From the NCBI RefSeq assembly GCF_000281045.1, contig NW_008246086.1:427793-491792 (forward strand): a DNA stretch of 64,000 nucleotides, in the 5' to 3' direction. The stretch comes from Saprolegnia diclina VS20. Taxonomy: Eukaryota. This document shows positions 44,001 through 57,151 of the stretch, piece after piece. The first letter of the stretch is position 1. Each line of letters starts with the position of its first letter. The position numbers and the translations under genes were made by a program. Below the pieces are notes generated by a model, which saw only the letters and a program-made list of their open reading frames with translations, did no database searches and was not told the DNA's origin.

Positions 44001-47000
44001 CGACGTCATGTCTTTGACACTGGCTGTGGACCATGGGACGCTCACATATACACTCGTACCGGGTACGTCGCTCCAGAAGTCGGTGTTGCCGCCACGGCTC
44101 GTCGTCCAGGGCACAGTCGCACGACTCAATGTGTTTGTGGCCAGTCTCGAGTACACTCCATCGCACAGCACCACCGATGTACTGTCGCTCTCGGTAGTCG
44201 ATGGCTCCGTGGTCGTAGCACTGGACATTGATATCCTCGTGGCGTGTTTACCACAGATCACCGTTGCCACCACTGACGTGGCGGTCACCGTCGGTGCCAC
44301 GACAGGAATCGACGGTCTCTCTCTTCCATTGGCATGCGGCTCACGGCTGCAATTGTGGACGCTCGAGCTTACAGCGCTGGCTGGCACGTTGTATGTGCCG
44401 GCGCAGCCGCGTGCGACTCCGTACATCAAGCTCACACAGTCGTTGCGGGATCTTGATGCTTTGCTTCGGCTTTTGCAGTACACGGCGCCCGCGCAGTCGA
44501 CGACCGATACCATTTCGCTTCAGCTCTCCTCCAACGACACGGCGTTGCCGACGACAAATATCGTGGTGCAGGTACAACCGCAGTATACACCACCGACCAT
44601 CGTCTGCGCCGCGCTTTCTGAGACAATTCTTGCCGACGCAGCCGCGACGCAAGCCTTTGGTGACACATTCCTGCTTCAAGGTGGCAGCGCCGCCACGTAC
44701 ACGGTAGCCGTTTCTGGACGGTCGCCCGTGTACCTGCAGTTGGACCCGACGTCCGCGTCCATCTCAGCGTCGACGTTTGCTCCGACGACAGAGGTTCACT
44801 TTTCGGGCTTGCTACCACACGTCCAAGCAGCACTGAGCAAGTTGGCGGTGCACAGCAACTATACCGGCGTGCTGCCAACCACGGTCAATCTAACCGTAAC
44901 CATTGCCAGTGTCGATCCTATGGCGCCTGCAATGAACGCGACGTGCAGCGTGGTGGCCGCGATTGCGCCGACCAACCATGCTCCAAGAATCCAAGCACAA
45001 CCCGGGCGACAGGCGCGGTGCGGCGTTCGCGTTGACGACATCGATGTGTCGTCGAAAGGCTGGGCGTCCTTGATGCGGTGCTCGATTGCAACATTGGTCG
45101 ACGGCGGCTTTGGCATCGTTGCACAGCTGCCACCGACCGTGCGATGGGTGAACGAGACGATGCTGGGACCCGGTCAATGGCGCGCCTTGACGTTCGAGGC
45201 TCCTCTGGAGCACGCCAACTTGCTTCTCGGATCGGTTCTTCTCAATGCGACGAGTGGAAGTATTGAGTATCGCGTCGACGATCTCGCCCACGGCACGCTA
45301 CTTCGCCCCCATATCGCGTACCGCACGATCGAGTGCCGAGGCCAGCGGGTTGGCCCTGTGTCGACGGTTGCCTATCTAGACAGTAGCAACCAATCGTGCG
45401 CGGCGGGCAACGATCCTTGCCTACTACAGGGTGTCGACGTGACACCGATGTCCACCGATGCAACGTCGGTGCAAGTGTCGGCAACGGCAGTAGTCGGCTT
45501 CACACCCTCCATTCAGGTGGTGCAGACAACCGTTGATGGCCATCAGGACCAAGTGTTTGATGTCGTCGTCGCGACCCCGGCAGCAGGCACCATCACGATG
45601 CGTGTGACGTGGCAAAGACCCGATGGGCTCCAAGGACAGACGGCGTTCACAGTGGATGCGACCGCTGTTGCAACGATGATGGAAGAGATCAGCGGGCTTT
45701 CTGCTGGCCAAGGACTTGGCGGTTCGATGCAGTCGCAAGTGAAGGCGGCACTTCCGACGCCAGCGCCGGCTCGCATCGAGGTCACGTACGGTCCATCAAG
45801 TCGACAGCACTGGAAGGTGGCCTTTGTGGTCGTTGCCACCGAGCTATGGACGTTTGACATGTCTCTGGTCGCCACGACGGGAAGCATCAGCGTGAGCGTT
45901 CAACCGAGTGCGCTCCTATCGCACATCGCGGGGTCGTTCGAGCTCCTGTTTCAAGGCATCCCGACAGCTCCGGTTGCTGCGTCGGCCTCTGCGCTCGACA
46001 TGCAGCTGGCGCTCGAAGCTCATCCGCTGCTGCACCGTGTTGCCGTCACACGAACGCGACGACCCGACACGAGCGGCGGGTTCGCGTGGACAATCACGTT
46101 TCTCGACGCTGCGTACGATCTCCCAGTGCTAAGTGCCAACACCGCACAGTTGCAACCGCAGCCTGCACCGCTTCTGGGCGCCGGCAATCGAATCTATGGC
46201 AGCGCGGCAACAGTGCATATAACGTCATTGCAAGACGGCTACGGAACCCCCGATGTATACGACGTGGTGCTGTCGGCGCAGCACGTCAACCCCGTGCTGC
46301 AGATCGCGGTCGTTTCCTCCGCGTCGCGTGTCACGGGCGACTTCTCTCTCCAAGTAGCGTTTCCCAACGGCACACTGCGAGCGTCGACACCGGTGCAGTA
46401 CAACGCCGTCGCGATGATCGCCGACGAAGGCATCGACACAAGCCTTGGTGGTCGCCCAGGGCAGTCGCTGCAGGCGGCACTCGCGACGATGCTGCCCGGT
46501 GTTGGCTGCCGCATTCAACGAACCGGCCCCGTGGCTAACGGCGGCTACACGTGGTCCATTACCCTCTACAATAGCCCCGCGTCGCTGCCTCCGTTGAGCG
46601 TCGTGTCGACCTCGGGCGGGCTACGGGTTGCTGACGTTGTCGTGTCGACGGTGACGGCGGCCAATGCGCTTGGTGGAACGTTCGTGCTGTCGTATCGCAA
46701 CGAGACATCGGCACCGATTCCATATGATGCGTCGTCCAGTACCGTGGCGTCTGCGCTTGGACAACTGCCGACCATCTCTTGCAACGGGCGGGGCCGCCTG
46801 CTTGTGCGAGACTCGGACGTCGGGCTAGAGTCTGGTCGAACATTCTCGGTCGTCTTCTTGGCTCGCTGCCACGAGTCACTCTTCGAGACAGACATAGCGC
46901 CGATTGTGGTCGATGGCACAGGTTTGACCGGCCTCGGAGCGTCGGCCGTTGTGCGTTCAACCGTCGCTGCAAGCTACGGCACACTGCGGCTCGCGTCAGA

Positions 47001-50000
47001 TACAAGTACGCAATCGCGTTCGGACACGGTGCTGCAGCGCCACGCTGGCCTCGACCTCATGCTCCAAGGACGACCTCGGTATTTGAACCCGATGCTCCGT
47101 CAACTGTTGTACACGCCGGACGCGACGTGGTTTGGGACGCTGGAGCTCTACTGGTCGACGTCCGATGGCGTGTCGAGCTTGTCGTGGACGTCGCCGGCGC
47201 CTCAAACAATCACAGTGCGACCGCCGACGCGCCGCCACATGATCGTTACGTTTCACGGCTGCCACGCGCTCGAGGATATGCCTCTGACGCTGCAAGCGTT
47301 GGCCTTGACGACGTGTCGACCGCCGTATTCGCTCGTCTCGCTGACACTGGCGACAAAAGTGGGTACACTGCGCTACCGTGACAGCGACGCGACGTCGCAA
47401 CTGAATGTGACGACGGCCGTTGCGCGCCTACCGTCCGTGATGTCCAACGTCGTCTACGCAGCGCCGATGCATTTCAACGGCGTCGAACAACTGACGGTGG
47501 CGCTCGACGACGCCCCACCCCAAGTGTTTCGCTTCGCCGTGTGGCCCGTCCCCGACGCTCCGTACATCCACATCAACGGCTCGGACGACGGTACATAATT
47601 CCTGTGAGAGTACGGGGCATGACGACGGTATGTAGGTGCGGTGGCAACCGGGGCCTTGCCGCCTGTCGCTTTGACAATGGACCAAGACACAATGCTCTTT
47701 CTTCCCGGCGCTTGGGTCGAAGACTACGACGACAGTGCGCAGTCGTGGATGTTTCAAATTGCAACGACGGTCGGCAGTGCCAAGTGCTTGAACTTGATGC
47801 AAACGATCGTCGTGACGTCGACACCGACGATGCTACTGTTTTTAGCGCCGATCGCCAACGGCAACCGCGCTTTGCAAGCCATGACCTACACGCCGCCCAA
47901 GGGGTACACCGGCGTCGCCACAGTAACGATCATCGTGCGCGGCACCACGAGCTTCCTCGAGCACGTGCGACGTTTGGCCATTACGGTCACACCGGTCGTG
48001 ACGCTGCCATCGCTCGCTGTTCGCTCCAGTGTCTACAAGGCGGTCGAAGATCGATCGCTGTCGCTACGGTACATTCAACTCGAGGTCGAATCGTGGACAC
48101 CGGCGCAGTACGCAACGACAGCCGCATCGACTCTGTTTCGAAGCGAAGTGCTGCGACCGGACACGGCCAGTGGTGCATGGGGCCAACGCGACGACTGGCG
48201 TTATAGCCAAGTACCCAGCTCTGGCAGTAACCCACAGTGGTTCTCAACACTTGGTAACATCCTCTACTACGCGGCCGACGACCCGGTGGCAGGACGCGAG
48301 CTGTTTGGCTCGGACGGTACCCGGTCCTGGCTCGTCGCGGACATTTATCCTGGCTACGAAAGTGCGACGCCGACGTCGCTGGCTACGTTCAACGGCCTCG
48401 TGCTCTTTGGTGCATCGGGTCTCGACCTCTCGTGGCAACTGCCGGTGACGACGTACGGCTGCAGCGCAGCGCGGTCCAGTCCGTCGTTCCCAAATGTGCT
48501 TTTCGTTGTCACCAAGACAACTGTGTGGTCGCCGGCGCGGGTGTACGACTGCCCCATCGGGTACACCTGGATGATGACGGCGGATGCGACCAGTGTCTTC
48601 AACACGTCGGCGGTTGCCGTCGACTATGTCTACTGGAACGAATGCGGCTGGGACGGCTATACGTTCCTGGGCGCAACGCGCAAGTCCTTTCGCTTTGCCG
48701 ACTCGAGCGCCACGGGCGGCATGAAGCATGCTGGCCGTCGGGTCGACTATCCAGTCGAGTACTCGACGGCAACAGCACAATTTGCTGGCATCGTGTGCAT
48801 GGCGTCACCGGCAACGACGCCACTGCCGTCGCAGTTGTGGCAAACCGACGGTACGACAACGCAAAAGGTCAACGCGGCGTTGACGCACCCCACCGCGCTG
48901 ACACCGATAAGCTCGCGGTTTCTGTTCTTCCAGGCGTCGACGCTTGCGTCCGGGTCGGAGCTCTATCGCTATGACGGCACGACCATCTACGACCAAGATC
49001 TCTCTCCTGGCATTGGTAGCTCGTTTCCCGACGGATTTACGAGCTTTGCGGGCCAAGTCTACTTTGCAGCGACGACGCCGACGACCGGCCGTGAGCTCTG
49101 GGTGACGTCGGTCTCGGGTGCGAGTCCATGGGCCACCAACGTCGCCGCCGACATTAACACCGGCGCGCTCTCGTCCCATCCAACGGGGTTGACAGCGTGC
49201 GGTTCGCAACTGTTTTTTGCGGCCGACGACGGCGTCCACGGACGAGAACTCTATACATTCAACGGCGTCCAGGCGGCGCTCGTGACCGATCTGCTTCCGG
49301 GCAGCACCGGCAGTGATCCAAAGTACGTGACATGCTACAAAGCCAAAGTCTATTTTCAAGCTCTTGGGAGTACGGCGACCGGTGTCGAGCTGTACGTGTC
49401 GGATGGCACAGCCGGCGGCACGATGCTGCTATTGGACATTGCCCCCGGTGTCACGAGTTCAAGTCCGTCATATCTCTCGGTGCAGACGCAGACGCGCGGG
49501 GGTGCGGCCATCTCAACGCTTGTGTTTTGCTCCACCACGGTGGCATCGACATGCCTCTGGTACGGCTCGGACGGCTCGGCGATTGGCACCAAACCGCTCT
49601 GGAGCACGACGACTGCACTGGCAATCAACCCAACGACGTTTCAAATCGGCAACCTCGGTAGTACGATGGTCTTTCCCCTAATCTCGACAACCACGTCGGT
49701 GGCACCGGCACCACCAACGGCACAGCCAGTGGTGCAACTGAGCCTCAATACGTCCATCGGGAGCGTCCGACTGCATGCCTCCGAGAACGTACAAGTACTG
49801 CACGACGGGTCGCTTGGGTTATCGGGCTATTGGGTGCTTCGAGGTGCCGTGTCCCATCTCAATACGGCACTTCAGACAATGGTGTACCGCGCGCCGCTCA
49901 ACTGGAACAGCAAAGCGCAGTTGACGGCATCGGCGCCGTGGCGTGACGCGCCGCCGCTCGCGATGTTAACGTTTACGTGGTCGGACATTGCAACTGCCCT

Positions 50001-53000
50001 GACCGACACGGCATCTGCGATCATATTTGTTCAGCCAACGCCCGACCCGCCCGTGCTACTTGTCGCCCAAGCCACAACTATACCAGGCACACACACGGCC
50101 GACAACCTCTCCCCGTTGCTGTCGACGGTACCGACTCTGATGGTGCCGGAAGACGTGCCACGCATCGTTTCCGGTCTCTCGATCCGGGCGGTCGACTGTC
50201 TTTGCATGGATGGCAGCTACTGCGAGGAGTGTACTGTACTCGTAGCGATCTCAGTTGCGCACGGCACCGTATCGCTGCCGCCGACAAGCGGTGTCGCCTG
50301 GGCAGCAGCGACGGCACCGAGCACGTGGCATCTCTCGGGCAATGTCCCCTCCGTCAACCGCGCGCTGTCCCAATTGTCGTACCAAGGCCAGAACAACTAT
50401 TACGGAACCGACGCGATGGTTCTTGTTGTCTCGGTTCTTCAACCGCTCGCGATTTCGGGGCTCGAGTCGACGGCCACCATGCCCGTCGTTGTCACACCGG
50501 TCAACGACGTCCCGTACATCGTCCTCGGTGCCGACTACTACGACACGATTGAAGACGAGGCGCTTTTACTTCCTGGGTTTTACGCCGTCGACGCGGACAA
50601 CGACAACGTCTCGGTCGCGCTCACCTTGGACGTCGGTGCGATCTCCGTGGCACACAACGCCACCATCGTCGCTGGCACCGGCAATGGCGACACGACGCTC
50701 GTGCTGAACGGGTCGCTCTCGATGGTCAACGCGGCGCTATCAACGCTCACGTACAACCCACTGCGTCACTGGAACAGCGCAGTGGGCGACAGCTACGACA
50801 CTCTGCATTTGCGCATCACCGACGTTGGCGGACTCGATTCGTACTGGCAAGTCACGATCTACGTGGCGCCGGCGCCTGACACGGTGCGCATCTCAATACC
50901 CACGGTAGCGTTTGGGACCGCGACACCGGCGGTCGCACCGTCGACACTGCTTTACACGATGGAAGGTGCCGTGTTGCCCATCGCCAATTTGTCGCTCTCG
51001 TGCGTCGACGCCGTTGCAACCAACGTCGTCACGGCGACGCTACGCGTCGCGCACGGTGGCTTGAGCGTCGGTGTCACCATCGGTGTCCAACGCACGTCGT
51101 CAACGCCGACGGTACTTCAACTCGTTGGCACGTACGCCCGAGTCAACGCAGCACTGGCAACGCTCGTGTATGCACCAGCGACGTACTACAACGGCGCCGA
51201 CCAGCTGACTGTGAGCGCGACAGCCTACGACGAGGCCATGCCGGGTGCATTCAGTCTCCCCGGGCAGCGTATCGTCGCCATCTCGGTGCTCCCCGTCAAC
51301 AATCCGCCGGTATGGAGCCTCTCGGAGCAAACGTTTGTGCTCGACAAGTCGGTACTGCAGCAAAGTGTAGCGCTCGACCACCTATCTTTCATCGATCCGG
51401 ATGCGCTCGACCAGGTACTCGAGCTGACACTGGAAGCCACCTTTGGGCAGTTGACGCTCAACCCGCATGCCTCGATTGCGCTTGTTGTCGGTGCCGCGGC
51501 CCAGAGTTCGTATATCGTTGTGCGGGGCACCCAGACGCAGCTCAACCTCGCGATGTCGTCGCTGCAGTTTGAACTCGACTTGGCGGCGTACACGGGGGCA
51601 GAGGTGGCGACGGTGCAACCGCGGGTCGTCGCGACGATCGACGACTTGGGCAATTCTGGCGCCGGCGGCCCCAACGTCGTTCAGACGCGACTCTTTGTGC
51701 GGGTCACGTCGATTCGAAACGCGGCGCCCGTCATTACGCTCCCGGCACTGAGTATTGCGATCGATGAAGACACACCGTACACGCTGCACGGCCTTGTGGT
51801 GACGGACGATGACGCTGCCGACACCTTTGGCAGTGAGGTGCAGGTGACCTTAGCGTGTGAGCATGGGCACTTTCAGCTTGACACGAGCACCGCCGGTCTC
51901 GACATTCTCGAGGAGGAGCCCGGCCTCTTGCACGTCCAAGGGCCGTTGGAGCTCATCAACTATGCGCTCCAGCGTGCCACGTACGTCGGTGCCCTCAACT
52001 ACTTTGGTCAAGACAGCATCGTGGTGACGGCAAATGATCTCGGCAACACGGGCACGGGCGGTCCGCAGCAAGCATCGGCGACGATGGCGGTTGTCATAAC
52101 GTCCGTGTGCGATCCTCCGACGTGGGCATCGACGCCGCCGGCGCTCTTTTCGACGCCCGAAGATACACCGTTGTTGCTTTCCGGCGCGTTGCGTCTTCAG
52201 GACGTCGACGCCAGTGTCATGGACGTCGATCGCGTCTTGACGCTGTCCATCTCGGTGGCGGTCGGCGGCGTCCTACTGGCGACGCACGCAGGCCTGCATG
52301 TGACAGCGTCATCGACAAACGACGGCGTCGGGCATCTCTATTACTCGACGGCGACGATCGCAGGCACGGTCGACGACCTGAATGCAGCACTGCGCGGCCT
52401 GATGTACCTTTCTCCTGCTGACTGGACCTCTGACAGTGGTGGCGGCATCACGTACGACCGCGTGACGCTCGCGATCCGCAGCAGTGCCTGTGCGTCATCG
52501 AGCAGCATCGTGCTACTGGTGAACGTGGCGTCCGTCAACGACGCCCCGCAGCTCGACCTGCCTTCCTGGGTCGCACCGGGTTTGCTGGACGCTGCTGTCG
52601 TCGTCGACGAGGATACCGTCGTCGCCTTGGGTCCCATCGGTGTGACCGATGTCGACGCAACGACATTGATCGTTTCGGTGCAGTGCTCGAGCGGCAGCGT
52701 CGCTATGCCTCTTGCGCCGCGCACCATGTGGTTTCACGCCACCGGCAGCGCGCTCCTCTCCTTTCAAGGCACGGTGGAGGACGTCAACATCGCACTCGCC
52801 GACGTGGCCTTTACGCCGGCGCCCTACTTTGTCGGACGGTCCCTCATCGTGCTCAACGTCTCGGACGGCACGACGCTTATGACGAGCGCGACGTTTACGG
52901 TGACGACGCAAGCCGTGGCGACGCCGGTGCAGATCCTTGTGCCGGACGAACCGCCGGTGGCGATGCGCAATGCGACGACGCGTCTCGGCAACGTCTACCT

Positions 53001-55111
53001 CCCGACGACCATCACTGCATTGCATCTCCCGCCGCCGTCGTTCACGCTCTTTCAAAGCTCCATGGTGCAGCCCGACACGAAAGCTAATGCTACCGACGTG
53101 AGCACGACGTGGCGGAGTGCCGAGGCGAGCGCAGAGGTTGTGTCCCCCACGCACTTTGCGACGTTCCAGGGGCGGCTTGTGTTTCAGGCGACGACGCCAG
53201 CCGCCGGCACCGAGCTCATGCAGACGTCGGGTGGGGTCACGACACTGCTCGCGGATCTCTACCCCGGGCCATTGAGCGGCAACCCCACCGAAATGGTCGT
53301 CTTCTCGGTCGACGGCAACCTCTACTTTGCCGCCGATGGCATCGACACGTCGTGGCGCCTGCCGCCGTCGCACACTGACACCTGCGGAGGCCTCCGTCGC
53401 AGCTCCGTGTCACCGACCGTTGCCTTTGTCGTCGCCGATGCCAACACGTGGCACCCCACCGCGGTACGCGCCAAATGCCAACATGTAACCGACTACAACC
53501 GGTGGGGAATAGGTGTACGACTGTCCAACCGGTTATGCGTGGGCGACCACAGCGCAAGGCCAAGCACTCTTCGTCGGCACGCAAGGTGCGAATGGATCGC
53601 TGGCCGAGCCATTGACGTACTATGACCAATGCGGCTGGGACGGGTACACCTACGGGGGTCGCACCCGCCACTGCTTTTGGTTTGCCGACTCGGGGGTACG
53701 CCCTACTGTTTTCTCGGTGAAGGAAATGATGCAAAATATCGTGATGTAGACCACGGGCGCCTGCAAGCACGCGGGCCAGCGCGACTCGTTCCGCATTGAA
53801 TTCGATGCGTCGACGACCAATTTTGCCGGAATAGTATGCGTAGCAACGCCGTCGACACCGACGCGTGGGCGCGAACTCTGGCGCACCGACGGTGTCGTGA
53901 CATCGCGCGTCACGGACATTGCGATCGGTTCGGACAGCGCCAACCCTACGTACCTCACCGAGTACAACGGTCAGCTCTACTTCCAGGCGTCGACGTCCGA
54001 CCTCGGCGCGGAGCTCTACACGTTTGACGGCACGCGAGCAACGATCGTATCTGATATCGTACGGGGGAGTCGCAGCAGCCACCCGCGGTGTCTCACCGTG
54101 TACGGCGGCGCCTTGTTCTTTACCGCCGACTCGGACGTCTTTGGCGCCGAATTGTGGACGTTTGACGGGACCAACGCGCTTCTTGTGCACGACATCTGCA
54201 CCGGCGTCTGCGCGTCATCACCGACGTCGCTTGTGGCGTTGCCCAACTGGCTTCTCTTCCAAGCCGACGACGGTGTTCACGGCCCCGAGCTTTGGAAAAC
54301 CAACGGCGTGAGCACGATGCTGCTGCTGGACATTTACTTGGGCCCGACCGGATCCCTGCCGTCGATGCTCACTCGTTTTGGCACTAGTGTCTATTTCGCA
54401 GCCAACGACGGTGTCCACGGCACCGAGCTCTGGGTCACGGACGGCAATAGCGCAAATATGCTCGTCGATCTCGTACCTGGGGCAACGTCGTCGTCGCCGC
54501 AGTACTTCACCGTGGCGTCGGCGGGCCTTCGCAACACGCTGTCGGTGTCGCCGGCTTTGTACTTTGCCGCCACCACCGCCGACGGTCAAAGGACGCTGTA
54601 TGCATCCGACGGTTCGATCGGCGGGACCAAATGGGTCACGGCACCGGTGGCGATCGACGACGCGGCGCTGCAAGCGATGCCGCGACCGGCATTTGGACTC
54701 GCGCAGTCGACGCTCTTTTACCCGGGGAGGAGTCCGCAACTGGCGTGGGCTTCCGTGTGGAACGGCAAGCAGCCATTTGTGCCGCTTGCCCGCTCGCAAT
54801 CCGTCTACCTCGTGGACGTCGACCAGTCGACAGCGCTGGCGACCGTGTCGATGTCGGTATCTTTTGGCCAAATTGTCATCGCCACGACCGCAACCCGTGT
54901 CACGTTTGTCGTCGGCTCCAACGGTGTGCCAAGCCAGATGCTGACGCTGCAAGGCGCGGTGCCGGACCTCAACCTTGCGCTTCGCGACATCTTGTATGTG
55001 GCCTCCGCCACGTCGACCGGTGACGACACGGTCGCTCTCTCGGTCGCACGGCAAGGCGATTGGTTGGCCCCGAGCACCGCGTCGTTTCCGGTGCGTCTTG
55101 TGTCAACCTAG
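35020..55111 (+). CDS. Giant (~6,567 aa) secreted repeat protein with cadherin/Ig-like repeats, GxFxL...WxITF repeats and two ELWxxDGT propeller clusters; 9 exons
   Basis: Exons 35020-35115, 35165-35266, 35316-37386, 37437-38341, 38386-42097, 42146-47590, 47636-53463, 53513-53695 and 53750-55111 total 19,704 nt, all GT-AG and in frame. Signal-like N-terminus MGPSTWGLAAASIGAVLSALVDA. Confidence 0.8.
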
Positions 55112-55566
55112 TCCCTACACACAAGATTATTTGCCCTTGTCAATGTGTCAATTCATACATAGTATACACGAAATTTGTGAAACAACGTGTTTTGTCGCCG
55201 AAGGTTGTCGAGTTGTTACGAAATTCGTACAAAAATAAACCACCAGCACTAGGCGCGTCACAATAACAGGTCCAAGTGGCTGCCATGCTCTTGATGTTCC
55301 GTGTGGGCCACTGCAAGATGAATTTACTTACGTCCACGGAGCTAACATGACGCGTCCTCGCCACATTGCACTTTGAGGTACTGGAGAATCGTGCCATGCA
55401 TTTAGTAGATCGTCGATGCGCACGGTAGTGTACATAGTAGCTCGTGTTTCCGCTGCTATAGAGCCGCAAGTCGACGGTACGCCGTGGGCAGAAGCCTGCA
55501 GTCAACGCTGCCCCGTCAGTTGTCGCAACATCCCAACCGAAAAGACCATAAATGATATGTAAACAC

Positions 55567-57151
55567 TTAGACGGACGACACGGACGAGCGTTTCCGGTAG
55601 AGACTTCGAAACAGCCGGGGTCGGTCCTTGGACTCTTGGCGAAAGCGAAGCGTGAGTGGGCGCGTCGCGTCCGTGAGGGCCCACAGCGTGTGCTGCATGC
55701 CAGCGTACTCGACGTGTGTGTGGTTATTGATGCCGACGAGGCAGTCGCCGACGTTGACGCCTGGAAACGCCGACTGGAACGCCGGTGAGAGCGCGACAAC
55801 GACGATCTTGACGCGCTGGCCCTTGGCGTCAGCGACGCCTTCCAGAGACAAGCCAATTTGACCCGGCGTCGTCACCACAATGTCATACAACGACTCGGTC
55901 TTTCGCTGGGGCTTCGGCGGCTCAAGCCGGACAAGGCTCAATGTGGCCATGGCGGCAAACCGGTGGGCGCCTGTGGCCGCGACGACCGCCGGTGGCACGA
56001 CCTCGCTCGAGACCGAACTCGTCTCCCAGTCGTCGCTTGCCGACGAGCACGACTCGAGCGTGCTTAGCTCCAGCGCACGCGAGTCTTCGGTCGGGTCTTG
56101 GTTGTCCGAGACGGCTTGGTTGTTGCCTCTACATGTCACTTGGAATCAGTCGAATGCTTGGCGTCGGGCAGCGCACCGCTGGCGCAGGACGAGGTCATTG
56201 ACGCTCTTGACCGAGACTGTTTGGCCAGAGTCGAGGTCCTTGACGCACAGTGTGTCTTCCAGAGCGCGCATCGCTTCTGTCGACAAGGCCACCGGCGTCG
56301 GGCGGTACTGCTCGTAGTAGATACGGTACATCGATGGCACATCCAGCACTTCCGCGTCGAGCGTGATGCACCCGACGTGGCCTATCAAGGCGCTTGCAGC
56401 GGTACATACATCGTTGTCGTCGTTGTACCTGGCGGCACGGGGATCGTGCGCGACGTCTGTTCCCACACAGGCACGGACGACTGCAAGTCGACTACCCGGA
56501 TCCGGTCCAAATGGCTGTGGTCGGGAGGCGCGTGGAACATGACCTTGAGCGGCTTTTTGAACTCGTGCGTTGGCGCCGGGATCTCGAGCGTGTAGCCGCG
56601 GTCGGCCATGTGCTTATCGACGATGCCCCAGCAGACGCGGACGGCGGTCTCGTGCGACAACATCTCCGTGTGCTGGAGGAGAGAGCGCGCCTTTTGGACC
56701 CGCGGGAATGAAAGGTCGGAAGCGCCAAAGCCAAAGATGTTGTACTCGACGTGCACGCCTCGGCGGAGCAGTTCGTGCACGACGTCGATCGCGCCGCCGG
56801 CGCTACGCCATGCTGAGCCGCGAGATATGCAGACCGACGTACCAGGCGTAATGCAGGCAGCTCCAGCCGCGGGCGTCCGTGTGGTTGATGTCGCAGCCAG
56901 CGTCGGCGAGGATCACCGAGATGCGCAGGCGCGTGTCCGTGTCCTGCTTGATGGCCAGCCTACAGGCATACTTGGCATGAGAGACGTCGCATGCGCGCCG
57001 TGTACATGAGCAGGTTGCGTCCACGCTTGTCAATGTGCTTGAGGTTGACGCCCTTCTCGATGGCCAAGCGCACGCCCTCGACGTGGCCGTAGCGCAGCGA
57101 GTGCACGAGCATCTTGAGCAGCGCAACATGGAGGAGGCTCTGGACGCCCAT
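55567..57151 (-). CDS. Ankyrin-repeat protein with central beta-rich (SKICH-like) region and C-terminal PDZ domain, multi-exon
   Basis: Ankyrin: GVNLKHIDKRGRNLLM and GCDINHTDARGWSCLHYA. PDZ: PGQIGLSLE..GVNVGDCLVGIN..RPLTLRFR. Confidence 0.72.

Noticed and set aside
35316..55111. Giant repeat region as bacterial contamination or a frameshifted pseudogene
   Set aside because: Every ORF break is explained by a canonical short GT-AG intron that preserves frame, and the flanking genes are clearly eukaryotic.
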